64,000 nt of DNA from assembly GCA_951406725.2 (NCBI GenBank), contig OX597836.1, positions 9,920,001-9,984,000 on the forward strand. The letters run 5' to 3'. This document shows, piece after piece, positions 24,681 through 39,578 of this stretch. Every line of letters starts with the position of its first letter. Position 1 is the stretch's first letter. A program made the translations under genes and the position numbers. This DNA comes from Octopus vulgaris. Its lineage: Eukaryota. Below the pieces are notes generated by a model. It was not told the DNA's origin and did not search any database. It saw nothing but the letters and a program-made list of their open reading frames with translations.

Positions 24681-26036
24681 CATACATGCATACATATAAC
24701 ACTCCTCCATGAATGGGGTTCTTGTCCATCACTGAACACCTAACAGTTGTAAGTAAATTCCAGCTGTTACTGGAATTCATTTACAACTGAATGGATTGAA
24801 GCAACATGAAATGAAGTATTTCACTGTAGAACACAATACACAACTCACTCTAGGATTTGAAACCACAATCTCATGATATATTTAAATGTAACGCTCTAAC
24901 CACTAGGCCATGTGCCTTCACAGGAAAATACAAAATAATGATGGATTGATTGAGAGACGATAGGTGTCATGTTAACATTGCTTTTGTGGGCACCCTCGAA
25001 TTAGGCCATGCAACAGAAGACATTCAAGGAAGCGAACTCTTTTCTAGAGATACCCCAGAGAGAGGATTTACTTTGAACAAGAAAGAGCAGCCCAGCCTTT
25101 TTGATACAGTCTTTAAACAATGTAAATGCGTGGTAACTATGGTTGCATAATAACCAAACATTTGCCTGTAATATCATGCTTTTAACAGTGTATTTTTCAC
25201 ATGGATAGACAATGGTTTATTGTGACTTCCAAGGTCATTCATATACAGACATACAATTCATTTCTATTGACAAAAAAGATCAGAAACAAAAAGCAGTACC
25301 ACCACCACCACCACTGGCAGTAGCAATAACTGTTTTATCTAAAAACGTGGAGTTTACTCTTTCTCAATGAGTAAAATGAACAAACAATATTTGTTTATGG
25401 CTAGATAAAACATTAATAAGTTATCTTAAACATTTTTCCAACTTTAATAATTCATTCTCATTGTGGAGGTCTGGCTTTGATTATATAAGTCAATGTATTT
25501 GATACCTCAATATTATCTTCGATCAGATTATTAATCGCTGTTTAAGCCTAAGTTTAGTACTGAAAGATCTTTTAAATTTTAGAATGATTTATTTAATATT
25601 TATGGAGAGGAAGAAGAAAAAAGAAAAAAGAGTGAAAACAAACAGATTGATAAAACATTGATTCTTAATAACATCTTTTTATGTTGCAGACTCTTCAGTC
25701 AGTTATTATTTTAGATATAACCAAATATTGGTGTCAGGAAGACAAGTTTCAAAATGGTCTTGAGTTCTACTCAAGAGAAATCAATCATTATATCATATTA
25801 AATATATCATATACTCTTTTACTCTTTTACAGTCATTTGACTGCGGCCATGCTGGAGCACCGCCTTTAGTCGAGCAAATCGACCTCTCAGGACTTATTCT
25901 TTGTAAGCCTAGTACTTATTCTATCGGTCTCTCTTGCCGAACCACTAAGTTACGGGGGACATAAACACACCAGCATCGGTTGTCAATTGAAGGTGGAGGG
26001 ACAAATACAGACACGCAAATACATACATAGGATATA

Positions 26037-26357
26037 TGGCACCTGTGTCCGTGGCACATAAAAAAAACACCATCCGAGCGTGGCCGTTCGCCAGCCTCGT
26101 CTGGCACCTGTGTCGGTGGCACATAAAAAACACCATCCGAGCGTGGCCGTTTGCCAGTCTCGTCTGGCACCTGTGTCGGTGGCACATAAAAAGCACCCAC
26201 TACACTCACGGAGTGGTTGGCGTTAGGAAGGGCATCCAGCCGTAGAAACACTGCCAGATCTGACTGGCCTGGTGCAGCCTTCAGGCTTCCCAGACCCCAG
26301 TTGAACCGTCTAACCCATGCTAGCATGGAAAGCGGACGTTAAACGACGATGATGATA
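26037..26357 (+). mobile_element. RTE-clade LINE 3' UTR with ~63-66-bp internal tandem repeats
   Basis: GGCACCTGTGTC(C/G)GTGGCACATAAAAA occurs three times, followed by the RTE tail and (GAT)n. Confidence 0.75.
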
Positions 26358-26581
26358 TATATATATACTCTTACTTTTTCTCTTTACTCCTTTACTTTTT
26401 TCAGTCATTTGACTGCAGCCATGCTAGAGCACTGCCTTTAGTCGAGCAAATCAGCCCCAGGACTTAGTCTTTGTAAGCCTAGTACTTATTCTATCGGTCT
26501 CTCTTGCCGAACCGCTAAGTTACGGGGACATAAACACACCAGCATCGGTTGGCAAGCGATGTTGGGGGGACAAACCCTTTT

Positions 26582-26813
26582 TTATTTCTTTATTGCCCAC
26601 AAAGGGCTAAACATAGAGGGGACAAACAAGGACAGACAAACGGATTAAGTCGATTACATCGACACCAGTGCATAACTGGTACTTAATTTATCGACCCCAA
26701 AAGGATGAAAGGCAAAGTCAACCTAGGCAGAATTTGAACTCAGAACGTAGCAACGGGCAAAATACTGCTAAGCACTTCACCCGGCATGCTAACATCTCTG
26801 CCAGCTCGCCGCC
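26582..26813 (-). mobile_element. SINE family B, full copy
   Basis: Reverse complement of the family B consensus. Confidence 0.85.
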
Positions 26814-27388
26814 TTATGTATATATAATCTCTATATAATCACCATTAGGTAGTACAGATTTGACAATAAGCGTGTGACTCCTAATATTCCATACAGTCGA
26901 ATCACTTGATTAATGGGTAATAAAAGAAGTTTTGTCTAATATAATACTTTAAAACAACAAGCTAAGAGAACAATCTGAATGACAGAGGCAGTAACAAACA
27001 ACTGACATAGACACAATTAGTTGACATGGACACAATGGAATAGCATGGAGACAAACGACCGGCAGGGATAGTTTGGGAATTAGCTGACATACTTATGGTG
27101 TTATATAACCTGTAAACATTTGTAGAAAGTGCTGGAGACCTTGTGGAAAAGAAAAGACATGCAGCATGGGAAAACAAAATAAGTAGCAAATGCCTGTGAG
27201 AGTTATAAATAATAGAAGTTTGGAGATGAAGAATAGGAAGTTTGTAAGATAAGATTTGGAAATCCTACAGCTTTAGAAAGATGTATGACAAGTTAAAAGC
27301 TATACTCTATGAGCAACATCAAGAACGTTAATATGAATTTCCTTTAGTGAGAATACGAAAAGACCAACTGCAGTTTTGTATTTGACAG

Positions 27389-27475
27389 GATATACTATTA
27401 CATTAGGATATGTTTCTTTGAGAGAGACAAAGGGCATAAAGTTGTTAATATCTGAAAATGTTGATTCAGTAAATG
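27389..27475 (+). CDS. Candidate 87-nt symmetric (phase 1/1) exon, product unknown
   Basis: Acceptor TTTTGTATTTGACAG|, donor ATG|GTAAGC; one open frame (YTITLGYVSLRETKGIKLLISENVDSVN). No homology recognised. Confidence 0.25.
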
Positions 27476-27790
27476 GTAAGCCAACATTCTAATTAAGAAG
27501 TTATAACCCTAAGTTCAACTCCTTATGTATATATCCATATATAAATATATATACATACATACATACATTTGCATGCATTTATTCACTCACACACACATCC
27601 ACGGTGGTGTCGCAACATGACCACAGTTCAATGGTTGGAAGAAGTAAAACAATACACACACATACACACTCACACACACACACACAACATGCATAAGCAG
27701 TTATACATGCACATACTGACAGAAATATATCAGTACAGAAAATTAAATTAGTAACTACATGTGTGAACAATGTATATATACACACATTAT

Positions 27791-27845
<55 letters not shown>

Positions 27846-27925
27846 TAATATAAGGGTAAATAATTATTAATTTGACTGCTACTTCTAATTTTTCGGTATG
27901 TGGCTAAGCAACCTGTTGCTTGCCC

Positions 27926-27964
<39 letters not shown>

Positions 27965-28073
27965 TAAACAAATGAATATGTACGCATGTGTGTGTATGTA
28001 TATATATATATATATATATACATATATACATATATATCTATATATATACTCTTAAACAAATGAATATGTACAC

Positions 28074-28136
<63 letters not shown>

Positions 28137-28245
28137 TGTACATATAATTGTAGAAACACACCCATATATGAATTCATGCTTGTATGCATGTGTGAATAAT
28201 GTATATATGCACATACATATTACTCTTGAACACATGAATGAATGA

Positions 28246-28278
<33 letters not shown>

Positions 28279-28374
28279 GACATGCACCTATATGTACACA
28301 TAATTGTCAAAAGCAACCTGTACATGCATATATGCTAGTATGCAAATGCACATGCATTTACATATTCATACATA

Positions 28375-28552
28375 CATAATGATGATGATGACAACGATGA
28401 TGGTGGTGTCAGTGATGATGACGATGATGAAGACTTATTAACGGTGTTGCTGGAATTGGTGATGATGATAACGACAACGGTGATGATAGTGATGATGATG
28501 ATGATGATGATGATGGTAGTAATGATGATGATGATGATGGTGATGGTGATAG
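28375..28552. repeat. (GAT)n-rich triplet repeat
   Basis: Directly visible. Confidence 0.9.
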
Positions 28553-29869
28553 CAGCTGTAGTGGCAGTGACGGAGTTGTTTATCAGTAGTACATCTAAAA
28601 TCAACAGCAAACACTTTCTAAAAGACAAGACAAAGAATAGAGCAAACGGAAGAAACCAAAGACATCAATATATTAGCAGAGCAGAGTAGGAATCAAGACA
28701 AGACAAGCTATTACAATATATTAACAGGCAGAGTAGGCATGAAGACAAGACAGCTATTGGAATTGTTTGGCAACAACTTCAAAATTGTTCACACAGTTCT
28801 CTCTCTCATACTTCTCCTCATTGACCTAGCACCCTCCACATACACACAGGCCTCTCCAATAATCTAGCTCCAACTTACATACACACACACACACACACAC
28901 ACTCAAACTTAGCTCTCTCTTCCTCTCTCTCGCTCTCACTTTCGCACTCCTACACATACACACACATATGTATACTCCTACGCTTTCTCGCACACAGTAC
29001 AGCTACTCCTACAACGATGCCATTAAACAAATCATTAACGAATGGAAAGCCTTCTAGTTTGACAATAATACTTTCAGTTGAAAGTCAATAAGGAATACCA
29101 TTAAAGAGAAGTAACATTTACTTGGTCATTTCATTATTATTATTATTATTGAGTGAGAGAGCAGTGCATGCCATCAAAATGACACTGGGGTAAAATATAC
29201 GAAGCCCAGTACACCCATCATGACTACCTGTATGATAAGGGTACACTAGGCACATGCATCACAACCATATGTGCGCGACATGGTGATCTCATAACAAGAT
29301 GAACAGCACATGACCTTGCAGGTGGGGCCCAGTTAAAATTTTCTTCTAGTCGAGTAGCCCATCCTGCTCAAAAAGTCCCTGAATAAGGATTGTTTTAGGA
29401 TGTTGAATGAAACACCCATGTTTCCAAAAGTGAATTATTCAAACCCCAAAGAACCCCTCTCAATACAGAGCTATGATGCTCCCCCACTACTTCTGCTTGT
29501 GATCAGAGATGCCCATATGGTCAACCACCAAGGGATTTGCTCAACTGGTTATGGTCAAACAACTGACAAGCAAATCTTTGGTATTGCGCAGAATATTTGA
29601 ATTACAGGTACAACCCAGTTTTGGCACCTGAGTAGAGTGGACTGGGAATAACATGAAATAAAGTTCTTGCTTGAGGCCACCAGGAATTGAACTCACAACC
29701 GTATGATCCCAAGCTGAATATTCCTGTGGGCCTTCACAATTTTGGTTGGATACGGTTGGTTTAAATACTAAAGAGTTAATACAAGGTTAGGATTGTTCAT
29801 TCATTGACAAAGCAGAGAGGTGGATTGAAAAACCCACTATGTATTTACTACTAGAATAAGAATGGCCGG

Positions 29870-30547
29870 AGTTCAGAGAGGTGATACCTTTGTTTGTAGC
29901 ACTCTGATGGACTGTCCCTCAGAATAGAAGTCAGATTGCATGATGCCTGTGTGTGAACAGCCATGCTACACAGCGGTGAAACACAGGTTGTGACTGCAGA
30001 AGACATGCAAATGTTTGAAAGAAAGGAAGCTAGTATACTTTGCAGGATGTGCAATGTCAGTGTGCACATACAACAAAGTAAGGGTCCTAAGAGAAAAACT
30101 AGGAATATGAGGCATCAGATGTGGTGTGCAAGAGAGAAGGTTGTATTAAATGGTCATGTTATGTATATGGATGAAGACAACTGCATAAAGAAGTGCTGAT
30201 CTCTAACTGTGAAAGGAACCTGTGGAAGAAGCAGACCCATGAAGACGTAGGGCAAAGTGGTGAAGCATGGTCTTCAGATATTGAGTCTCAGAGTGGCGAT
30301 GACAAGTGACCAAGACTTTTGGTGATTAGCTGCGTTTGAGTAGAGTGGTCATATTTGTGACAGTGCTGGTGACACACAACAGGCACCCGGTACACTTTGT
30401 GGAATGGTTGGCATCAGGAAGGGCATCCAGCAGTAGAAACCAAGTCAAAAGAACTGGAGCCTGATGCAGCCATCTGGTTTACCATTTCCAGTCAAGCCAT
30501 CCAACCTATGCCAGCATGGAAACCAGATGCTGACGATGATGATGATG
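29870..30547 (+). mobile_element. Decayed RTE-clade LINE 3' end
   Basis: MLHSGETQVVTAEDMQMFERKEASILCRMCNVS..GHVMYMDEDNCIKKC.., a frameshifted post-RT C-terminal region, followed by the RTE tail and (GAT)n. Confidence 0.82.
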
Positions 30548-31108
30548 CTTTATATACTTATGTATTTTAGGAATTGACTAAAGAATGAAATATCACAATA
30601 GACACAGAGTAACAAATAAAATTGATAATAGTCGTTAAAAAATGATAATAATAAAGACAGAAATTAGGTAGGGAAGCCATCTAAAACAATCACCGACAAA
30701 TAATACAAACCTGAACAACAAAAACAGAATCGGTGGAAACAAATAAAAGCTCTTAACCATTAACGGTGAAGATAAATAATTCTAAAATAAAAAAATTGAT
30801 TCTAAAAATATTTTCTTTTGTGTGTTAGACAGAGAGAGAGAGAGAAAAAGAGAGAGAATAAAATGTTTTTTATGTAGGAAATAGTTATTAGCAGAGAATC
30901 CTAATTTTTTTTTTTTTTTTATCTTTTAACTTATTTCAATCATTGGGCTGCGGCCAGGCTACAGCACTACCATGATGAATTTTTAGTCAAATGAATTCAA
31001 CTGCATCGACCCCCCAGTGCATAACTGGTACTTAATAACCCTGAAAGGATGAAAGGCAAAGTCAACCCTGGTGGCATTTGAACTAAGAATGTGAAGACAG
31101 ATGAAATA

Positions 31109-31152
<44 letters not shown>

Positions 31153-31405
31153 GTAGTAGTAGTAATAATGGTTTCAAGTTTTCATACAAGGCCAGCAATT
31201 TCAGGGGAAGGAATAAATCAATTACGTTGACCCCAGTGCATAACTGGTACTTATTTCATTGACCCCTGAAAGGATGAAAGGCAAAATTGACCTCAGTGGC
31301 ACTTGAACTTGGAACATAAAGAGCTGGAAGAAATGCCACTAAGTATTTTTGTCCAACATGCTAACGATTCCACTAGCTCACCACCTTAATAATAATAATA
31401 ATAAC

Positions 31406-31450
<45 letters not shown>

Positions 31451-33865
31451 GTTCTAAGATGATTGTAATAGCTTTAGGAGTTAATCTAATAAAAAACTTA
31501 AATAAAAAAATTGGCCACAATCATGTGGTGGGTGGCAAGGGAATGGAGTGGAGTCTTTGAAATCATTTTCCATAATCTGATTTGCTTAATTCAGTGAAGC
31601 ATGCAGAAAATCATTTGGTGTATCATCTTGTATACCGTCCGCTTCTCTCTCCATCTTCTTGGCATATTGTCACTGGTGATTTACTTTGCTTCTTCTCTTA
31701 TAAATATGTGAATAAAACTGAAGATTAGAAGTATGTGTGTGTGTGTATGTGGGGGGGGGAGGTTTTTGTTTGGTTTTGGGGTTTTTTTTTTGGTGTGTTG
31801 AGTTGTATTTTTATTTATAACTCGTTGAAAATATAACATCAATATCTGGTTCTCGTTATAGCACAGCTTCCACCACTACACCTCTCTCGCAATTTATATA
31901 TAATGCTTAAAAAATATAATGAAAAAAATAAAACCCCAAATAAATCGATGGATTATGAATAAATATACAGTCAAATGCATTTCTCGAAGGCTTGCTCCTC
32001 ATCGTTGTCGTCTTCATCGTCTTATTTCCTACATCAGACAGCACAAAGTTATCCTAACGCCTGATCAATTCTTCAACTATTTATACAGATCAAAACTTCT
32101 GTTAAATACTTTCCCTGAGATGAAACACTTCTCACTTACATTTGCATCTCGCCATGTTTTAAACTAGCAGTGTTTTTTTGTTTTTTAATTCTACTTTCAC
32201 TTTGCCATTTTATTTTCTTTATAAGGATTCTTCTGTTTTTTTTTTTTTATTTTGTGCGCTGTGTGAGTGTTTTACACACAACACTTCAAATTATTGAAAT
32301 AAAATAAAATAAGTGTGGGGGGGGGTTAGAAAGAGACAAAGAAACAGTTTAAAACAAAATCGTTAAAGTATCAAAAAGGAGAGAGGGGGAGGAAAATGAG
32401 AATATCAGTTAACGAGCTAATCCATTATTTGTTTATTTGTGATTTCTCACAAATCTGATCATAAATATTGATTGGTTGTAGTGAATTTTATTACGAGTAG
32501 ATCACTGCCGTTCTTTGTCACAGAGTTTTGAATGTAAACAGAAGCAGATACAGATCACACCTACTTCATAGATGGCATTTTATTTTAACACAATTACCAT
32601 AAATTTACTTAGGCAGTCTGCAAGCAGAAAACTTCAAAATAGAAATAAATAAAATATGCATAGAACTTCCCATAGGAATTGAAATGTGCATCTGTCATAA
32701 AGGCATGGAGAATTTCACTCGTGCAAACTATGTTAAATGAAACATAAAATGATCTCTTTATTACACCTTAGGGCTAAATGTTATGAAAATATCAAGGATT
32801 TTTATGTTTGGCAAGGATAAATAGCCTCAGTAATGATACTTAAAAGCTCTAATTTAGGTGGATAAAATGTGCAGGAAGCACTCTGGTGCAATGGATAACC
32901 CAACTGTCTGAACTACAATGAATGCATGGTTCAATGCCCATGAGTGGTTTTATTTATATTTTTTTAATTCTTTTACTTGTTTTAGTCACTGGACTGTGAC
33001 CATGCTGGAGCACTGCCTGGAAAGACTTATTTGCATAAATCAATCCCAGTACTTATTTTAAGTCCAGTATTTATTCTATTGATCTCTTTTGCTTGAAGCA
33101 CTAAGTTACAAGGACATTAACGAATCAATACTGGCTGTCAAGTGATGGAGAATGTAACAAAGCTCTAACACACACATACACCATCATCAACATTTGATGT
33201 CCATTTTCCATGCTGGCATGGGTTGGACGGTTCCACAAGAGCTGGTAAACCAGAAGACTGTGCCAAGATCTCGTCTACTTTGGCACTGTTTCTACAGCTG
33301 GATACCCTTCCAGCCCCTGACAGTTTTCAGTGTGTATTGGGCACTTTTCATGTGGAACCAGCACCGGTGAGGTCATCAAGTAATTTGCATGACAAAGACC
33401 CCTTGACTGGGAAAGGGAGTAGTATTGAGGAAGTGGGGTTTTGTGCCAGGTGACGAGAAGTTAAATGAATAAAAGTTGGAACAGAGATAGGAGTCTTGCT
33501 GTTGAACAGAAACAAGGCTACCCCAGTTGAAAAAGAAAGAGGAGAAAGAAAGACTCAGAAAGGCAGAGAGAGAGAGAGAGAGATGGTGGTGGAGCTGTGT
33601 CAGGACATACCTCGTATGCGTGTGTGTCATTGTCCAATATGTCCACTCACTTACCCAGAAGCTTTCTGCACTTGACTACAAAAATGAACAAGCCCATTGA
33701 TAATGGTGCAAAACTGTGATGATTTTTGGCCAATAACTGATGAGGGATGATCATATTCATATCTTGTATGTGGTTTTTTCATTCTAGGTATTCCTCAGTT
33801 GTCCTTCTGTGCAATATTTTTACTCTTATATATATATATATATGATAAATAGATAGATATGTATA

Positions 33866-34268
33866 TACTCTTTTACTTGTTTCAGTCATTTGACTGTGGC
33901 CATGCTAGAGCACCGCCTTTAGTCGAGCAAATCGACCCCAGGATTTATTTTTTGTAAGCCCAGTACTTATCCTACTGGTCTCTTTTGCCAAGCCGCTAAG
34001 TTATGGGGACGTAAACACACCAGCATTGGTTATCAGCAATGTTGGGGGAACAAACACAGACACACAGCATACACAGGCACACACATATATATATATACAT
34101 ATATGCGACGGGCTTCTTTCAGTTTCTACCTACCAAATCCACTCACAAGGCTTTGGTCGGCCCAAGGCTATAGTAGAAGACGCTTGCCCAAGGTGCCACG
34201 CAGTGGGACTGAACCCAGAACTATGTGGTTGGTAAGCAAGCTACTTACCACAGAGCCACTCCTACGCC
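33866..34268 (-). mobile_element. SINE family A, full copy
   Basis: Family A consensus. Confidence 0.88.
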
Positions 34269-35212
34269 TATACACACACACAAACCTACATACATATGCA
34301 GACAGACAAGACATTTATGTAAGTTTGGCTTTCCCTCATTTGCATATTTGCTAATTATAAACAAAGGCTTCACTAGCAGTGTCGTCATTTGCTAACGGTC
34401 CACCATGAGAACACGTCTGGACTGTTTGTTGCTCGACAGACTCGTTGATTATTACCTCCCTTGGAAACAAGTGAGGACAGGCAACAGGAAACGCATCCAG
34501 CCATAGAAAATGAACATTAAAATGAATGACCATACATACATTATCTAATGTGTCCTTCCTTTTCATAAGACAGAGAGATCTGATATCTGACTTATTTCTT
34601 GCAAACTGAGCAATTCATTGGCTTCTGATTTAGCTGTACTTGTTGCTTGGAATCATTTGAATTTCTTCTTTTATCTTTTACTTGTTTCAATCAATGGGCT
34701 GTGGCCATGCTGGAGCACTTACCTTGAAGTGTTTAGTCAAACAAATCACACCCACCTGTACTTATTCGTTAACTCTGGTATTTGCTTTGTTTGATGACTT
34801 TTGCTAAGCAGCCAAGTGACAGAGACATGAGCAAACTAATGCCAGTTTTCAAGGAGTTGGGGTGGGGTCAGACACAAATATACACACACATGATGGGCTT
34901 CCACACAGTTTCCATGTACCAAATTCACTCACAAGACGTTCGTAGGTAAGAGACACTTGTCCAAGGTGCCATACAGTAGGACTGAACCTGAAACCAGGTA
35001 GGTGCAAAGCAAGCTTCTTAACCACACGACTGTGTCTGAGATATAAAAAAAAAAAAAGAGAAAAACAAAAAAGTCGGGGGTAGGGACAGAAATGGTTTTA
35101 ATGTTTGGTTTCAGAAAAAATTCCATTAATTAAAATATGTGCCTGGCATCCCGTCCTTCCAAATCTACATTCCACTGAATATCACAATTAATCAAGCTAT
35201 TTTGTAAACATA

Positions 35213-35608
35213 GGCGTAGGAGTGGCTGTGTGGTAAGTAGCTTGTTTACCAACCACATGGTTCCGGGTTCAGTCCCACTGCATGGCACCTTGGGCAAGTG
35301 TCTTCTACTATAGCCTCGGGCCGACCAAAGCCTTGTGATTTGATTTGGTAGACGGAAACTGAAAGAAGCCCGTCGTATATGTATATGTTTGTGTGTCTGT
35401 GTTTGTCCCCCTAGCATTGCTTGACAGCCGATGCAGGTGTGTTTACGTCCCCGTTACTTAGCGGTTCGGCAAAAGAGTCCGATAGAGTAAGTACTGGGCT
35501 TATAAAAAAAGAATAAGTCCCGGGGGTCGAGTTGCTCGACTGAAAGGCGGTGCTCCAGCATGGCCGCAGTCAAATGACTGAAACAAGTAAAAGAGTAAAA
35601 AGAGAGTA
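35213..35608 (+). mobile_element. SINE family A, full copy
   Basis: GGCGTAGGAGTGGCTGTGTGG..GAAACAAGTAAAAGAG. Confidence 0.9.
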
Positions 35609-35894
35609 CAGAGAGTTAACGAATCTGAATTAAAAATACATTGAACTCCAGAGCTTGGCCCCTGAGAAGCAACATTTGTTTGGCTTTGTTCTGTTCATGG
35701 AAGGTTGCCTGATGTAAAAATGCGTGGGTGAAGGAGACATTGAATTCAACAATTGCTGTTTTACAAAGGAATAAATGAAAGAATTGTTCTAGAATCTGAC
35801 TAATAAATAAGTTCGTGGTAGAGCCATAAAATTTTTCAGATTTTTTTCTTGTATTATGTATCTAGAGCAAAAAGCTATGGAAATATTATAAATT

Positions 35895-36290
35895 AGAGAG
35901 AGAGAGGCAGGGGAGGGAGAGATAGAGATAGAAAGATACATATATATATATAGATAGATATAGATAGATATAGACAGATAGATATAGATAGACAGATTGA
36001 TAGATATAGATAGACAGAGAGCTAGATATAGATAGACAGAGAGATAGATATAGATAGACAGATAGATATAGATAGACAGAGAGATAGATATAGATAGACA
36101 GATAGATATAGATAGACAGATAGATATAGATAGACAGATAGATATAGATAGACAGATATAGATAGACAGATATAGATAGACAGAGACTGATAGATAGATA
36201 GAGATTCTTAGATAGATAGAGATTGATAGATAGAGATAGATAGATAGGTAGATATAGATAGACAGATAGACAGAGAGACAGACAGACAGA
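35895..36290. repeat. (GATA/GACA)n tetranucleotide mosaic
   Basis: Directly visible. Confidence 0.92.
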
Positions 36291-36682
36291 CTTGATTTTC
36301 TACAACTGGGTGCCCTTCCTGTTGCCAACACTCACCTGTTTCAAAGTAAGGTCATATTTCTTCATTGCTAGACACACTGGAAACAATATTCCTATTACGA
36401 TGGAGACACTTGTTTCCAAGAACCAAATGATGTCACAATGAGGAAGCATATATCATACCCACACCCACACACAGGCACTTCATACAAATATATAGCCTAC
36501 TACATGAACAACCAATGCATCCTTATCACACCCTCTCCACTACTTCTACACCTTGTACATTATTCTCCTGCTTTCTGCTCTATTTTCCTTCCTGAACCAT
36601 TATTACATTTTCTACTTCACCCATCTACATACTGGTATTTCCCATCATCTGCACCCCCATCCTTGTTCATCACTCTCTACAC

Positions 36683-36903
36683 CAGTGGTTTTCAACCAGG
36701 GTTCTGCGGAATCTTAGGGTTCCGCCAGTACAGTCCAGGGGTTCCGCAAGAAGTTACAAAACTGCTAAAATCGGCAGTAATTTTTAATTCTCTCCTGTGC
36801 AGATATGTGTGCATAAAACTATTAAATTATTGCACAAGGGTTCCTCGAGCTAGTGGAATGTTTCCTTGGGGTTCCGCTCCAGCAAAAGGTTTGAAAAGCA
36901 CTG
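36683..36903. mobile_element. hAT-type MITE, 221 bp (copy 2, inverted relative to 19063-19283)
   Basis: CAGTGGTTTTCAA..TTGAAAAGCACTG; 8-bp TSD CTCTACAC. Confidence 0.9.
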
Positions 36904-37524
36904 CTCTACACTAACCTCTACTTCCCTTTGTTTACTCCCTCCTCACGCTCTAATGAAAGCACCCACTCCCTCACCCCCTCACATGATCCACCGTCCTTGT
37001 CCTCTCTTATGCTCACCTTCTTGTTCCTACAGAGTTTGTACTTGCACTCCATCGCTACCTTCCTCTTATCTTCGTCAGCCATATATCTCCTCCCTAGCAA
37101 ACCTGCGATTGTCTCTTTCAACACCCAATGAAGGGCCCTTTTTAGTCCCTTTCTTTTTTTCTGTCTTGTTTGTTACTTGGCAACCTCACTCATGCAGGTG
37201 TCAGGAAAATAGCACTCAGTACACTCTGCAAAGTAGTTGGCACTAGAAAGGGCGTCCAGCCATGGAAACCTTGCCAAAGAGGACGTTGGGTCTGACGCAG
37301 TGCTGCAGTTCAGCAGTACCCTCTTGAACTGTCTTACCTATGCCAGCCTTGTATGCACACCTTAAATGATGATGAAGTAAATGAAAAGAGAGAGAGAGAT
37401 GGATAGAAAGATGGATGGATAGATAGATAGAAAGATGGAGAGAGAGGGAGAGAGAAAGATAGATAGAGAGAGATGAATAGATGGATGGGTAAATGGATAA
37501 ATGGATGGACAGACAGACAGACAG

Positions 37525-37565
<41 letters not shown>

Positions 37566-38167
37566 TAAATAGGTACACACACACACACATGTACCTCTTT
37601 CAGTTTCTATCTACCAAATCCATTCATAAGGCTTTGCTCCTTCCAGAGCTATAGAATATGCTCCCAAAGTGCCACACATGGAACTGAACATGAAACCATG
37701 TGATTGGGAAGCAAGCTTCTTAACCACACAGCCATATCTGCATCCATATAAAAGGAAATGGTTTAAATTTCAAAGAGAGAGAAAGAGAGAGAGAGAGAGT
37801 ATGTCTGTGTTTGTGTGTGTGTGTGTGTGTGTGGAGGTAATTACGAGAGTTAATTTGAATGAAGAAGAGTTAAAATAATGCGACAAAATGATTTGGTGGT
37901 GGTACTGGTGGTGGCAACAGTAATAGAAGAAGAATATTACCAAAGTGGCTGAAGCAAAAATTGATCAAAAGTTGCGTTTTCCTGCAACTTTGGGTCAACA
38001 GTTACGAAAGTCATTGGAAGCTATGGACCAACAAGTCAAATTATGCTGTCACTTGCAATTGGTATCTTGTAGTGATGGGGGGGAAAGAGACTTCATTTTT
38101 AATAGCTAAAGTCCATTTTATACTTTAAGTAAATGGTACAGGACATGCTATAAATAGTGGCAATATA

Positions 38168-38199
<32 letters not shown>

Positions 38200-38271
38200 A
38201 TTAGGGAGTAACTCCAAACTTACAGGGAAAAATTCACTGTTTGATTTGCCTAATAGTGGTTTTATCTCTAA

Positions 38272-38302
<31 letters not shown>

Positions 38303-38303
<1 letters not shown>

Positions 38304-38516
38304 CTGTAAATGTAATATTTGACAATTATTCGGTTGCCATGATAAAACTCCGAGTTTTGGATGCCGAGGTGGAAATCCATGCCGCCATCTCTTCACTTAT
38401 TTTGGAGTTTTATCATGGCTATTGAATAATTGTCACATATTACATTTACAGAAAAATTCCTCTATTTACACAATATCGAGGTCTCTTCCATTCTTTTGTT
38501 ATCTTACTGCTTTTAT

Positions 38517-38518
<2 letters not shown>
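38303..38518. mobile_element. Foldback element in (TA)n with a decayed hammerhead core in its loop
   Basis: 49-bp inverted arms at 38303-38351 and 38404-38452; homologous to ~13865-14030. Confidence 0.7.
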
Positions 38519-38567
<49 letters not shown>

Positions 38568-38768
38568 CTCACATATATATATATACATTCATATATAAAT
38601 ATATTTAAATATATACATACATACATACATGGTTTGCCAGCTCCTGTCAAAATGTCCAATCCATGCCAGCATAGAAAACAGACATTAAATGATATATACA
38701 TACGTATGCACACTTGTAAGTACACACACATTTATATATGGATATATATGTAGGTATATACATGTATT

Positions 38769-38814
<46 letters not shown>

Positions 38815-38816
<2 letters not shown>

Positions 38817-39209
38817 CGCAGGAGTGGCTGTGTGGTAAGTAGCTTGCTAACCAACCACATGGTTCCGGGTTCAGTCCCACTGCGTGGCATCTTGGGCAAG
38901 TGTCTTCTGCTATAGCCCCGGACCGACCAATGCCTTGTGAGTGGATTTGGTAGACGGAAACTGAAAGAAGCCTGTCGTATATATGTGTGTGTGTATGTTT
39001 GTGTGTCTGTATTTGTCCCCCTAGCATTGCTTGACAACCGATGCTGGTGTGTTTACGTCCCTGTCACTTAGCGGTTCGGCAAAAGAGACCGATAGAATAA
39101 GTACTGGGCTTACAAAGAATAAGTCCCGGGGTCGAGTTGCTTGACTAAAGGCGGTGCTCCAGCATGGCCGCAGTCAAATGACTGAAACAAGTAAAAGAAA
39201 AGAAAAGAA
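38815..39209 (+). mobile_element. SINE family A, full copy
   Basis: Family A consensus. Confidence 0.9.
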
Positions 39210-39421
39210 ATATATATATATATTACAAAGTAAGAGAGGGGTTATGTGTGTAACCCACTATGGGATAGCATTTATCCAATATACTGTATGCTATTGATGT
39301 TCTCATTTTGTTAAATGAATAAATAATCCAACATTATAATATCTGAAAGTTGATGAACAAACTAAATTTGTTTCTCCATTTTCTTATTTGTATTATATAT
39401 ATATATATATATATATATAAT

Positions 39422-39458
<37 letters not shown>

Positions 39459-39512
39459 TATATGTTCATATATATTTATAGGTGTGTATATATGTATATG
39501 TGCGTGTGTCAG

Positions 39513-39578
<66 letters not shown>

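Noticed and set aside
24950-25150. 66-aa ORF in unique sequence
   Set aside because: Non-ATG start, no convincing splice sites and no recognised homology.
36438-36914. 158-aa plus-strand ORF
   Set aside because: Runs through CT-rich sequence and a non-coding hAT MITE; no recognisable domain.
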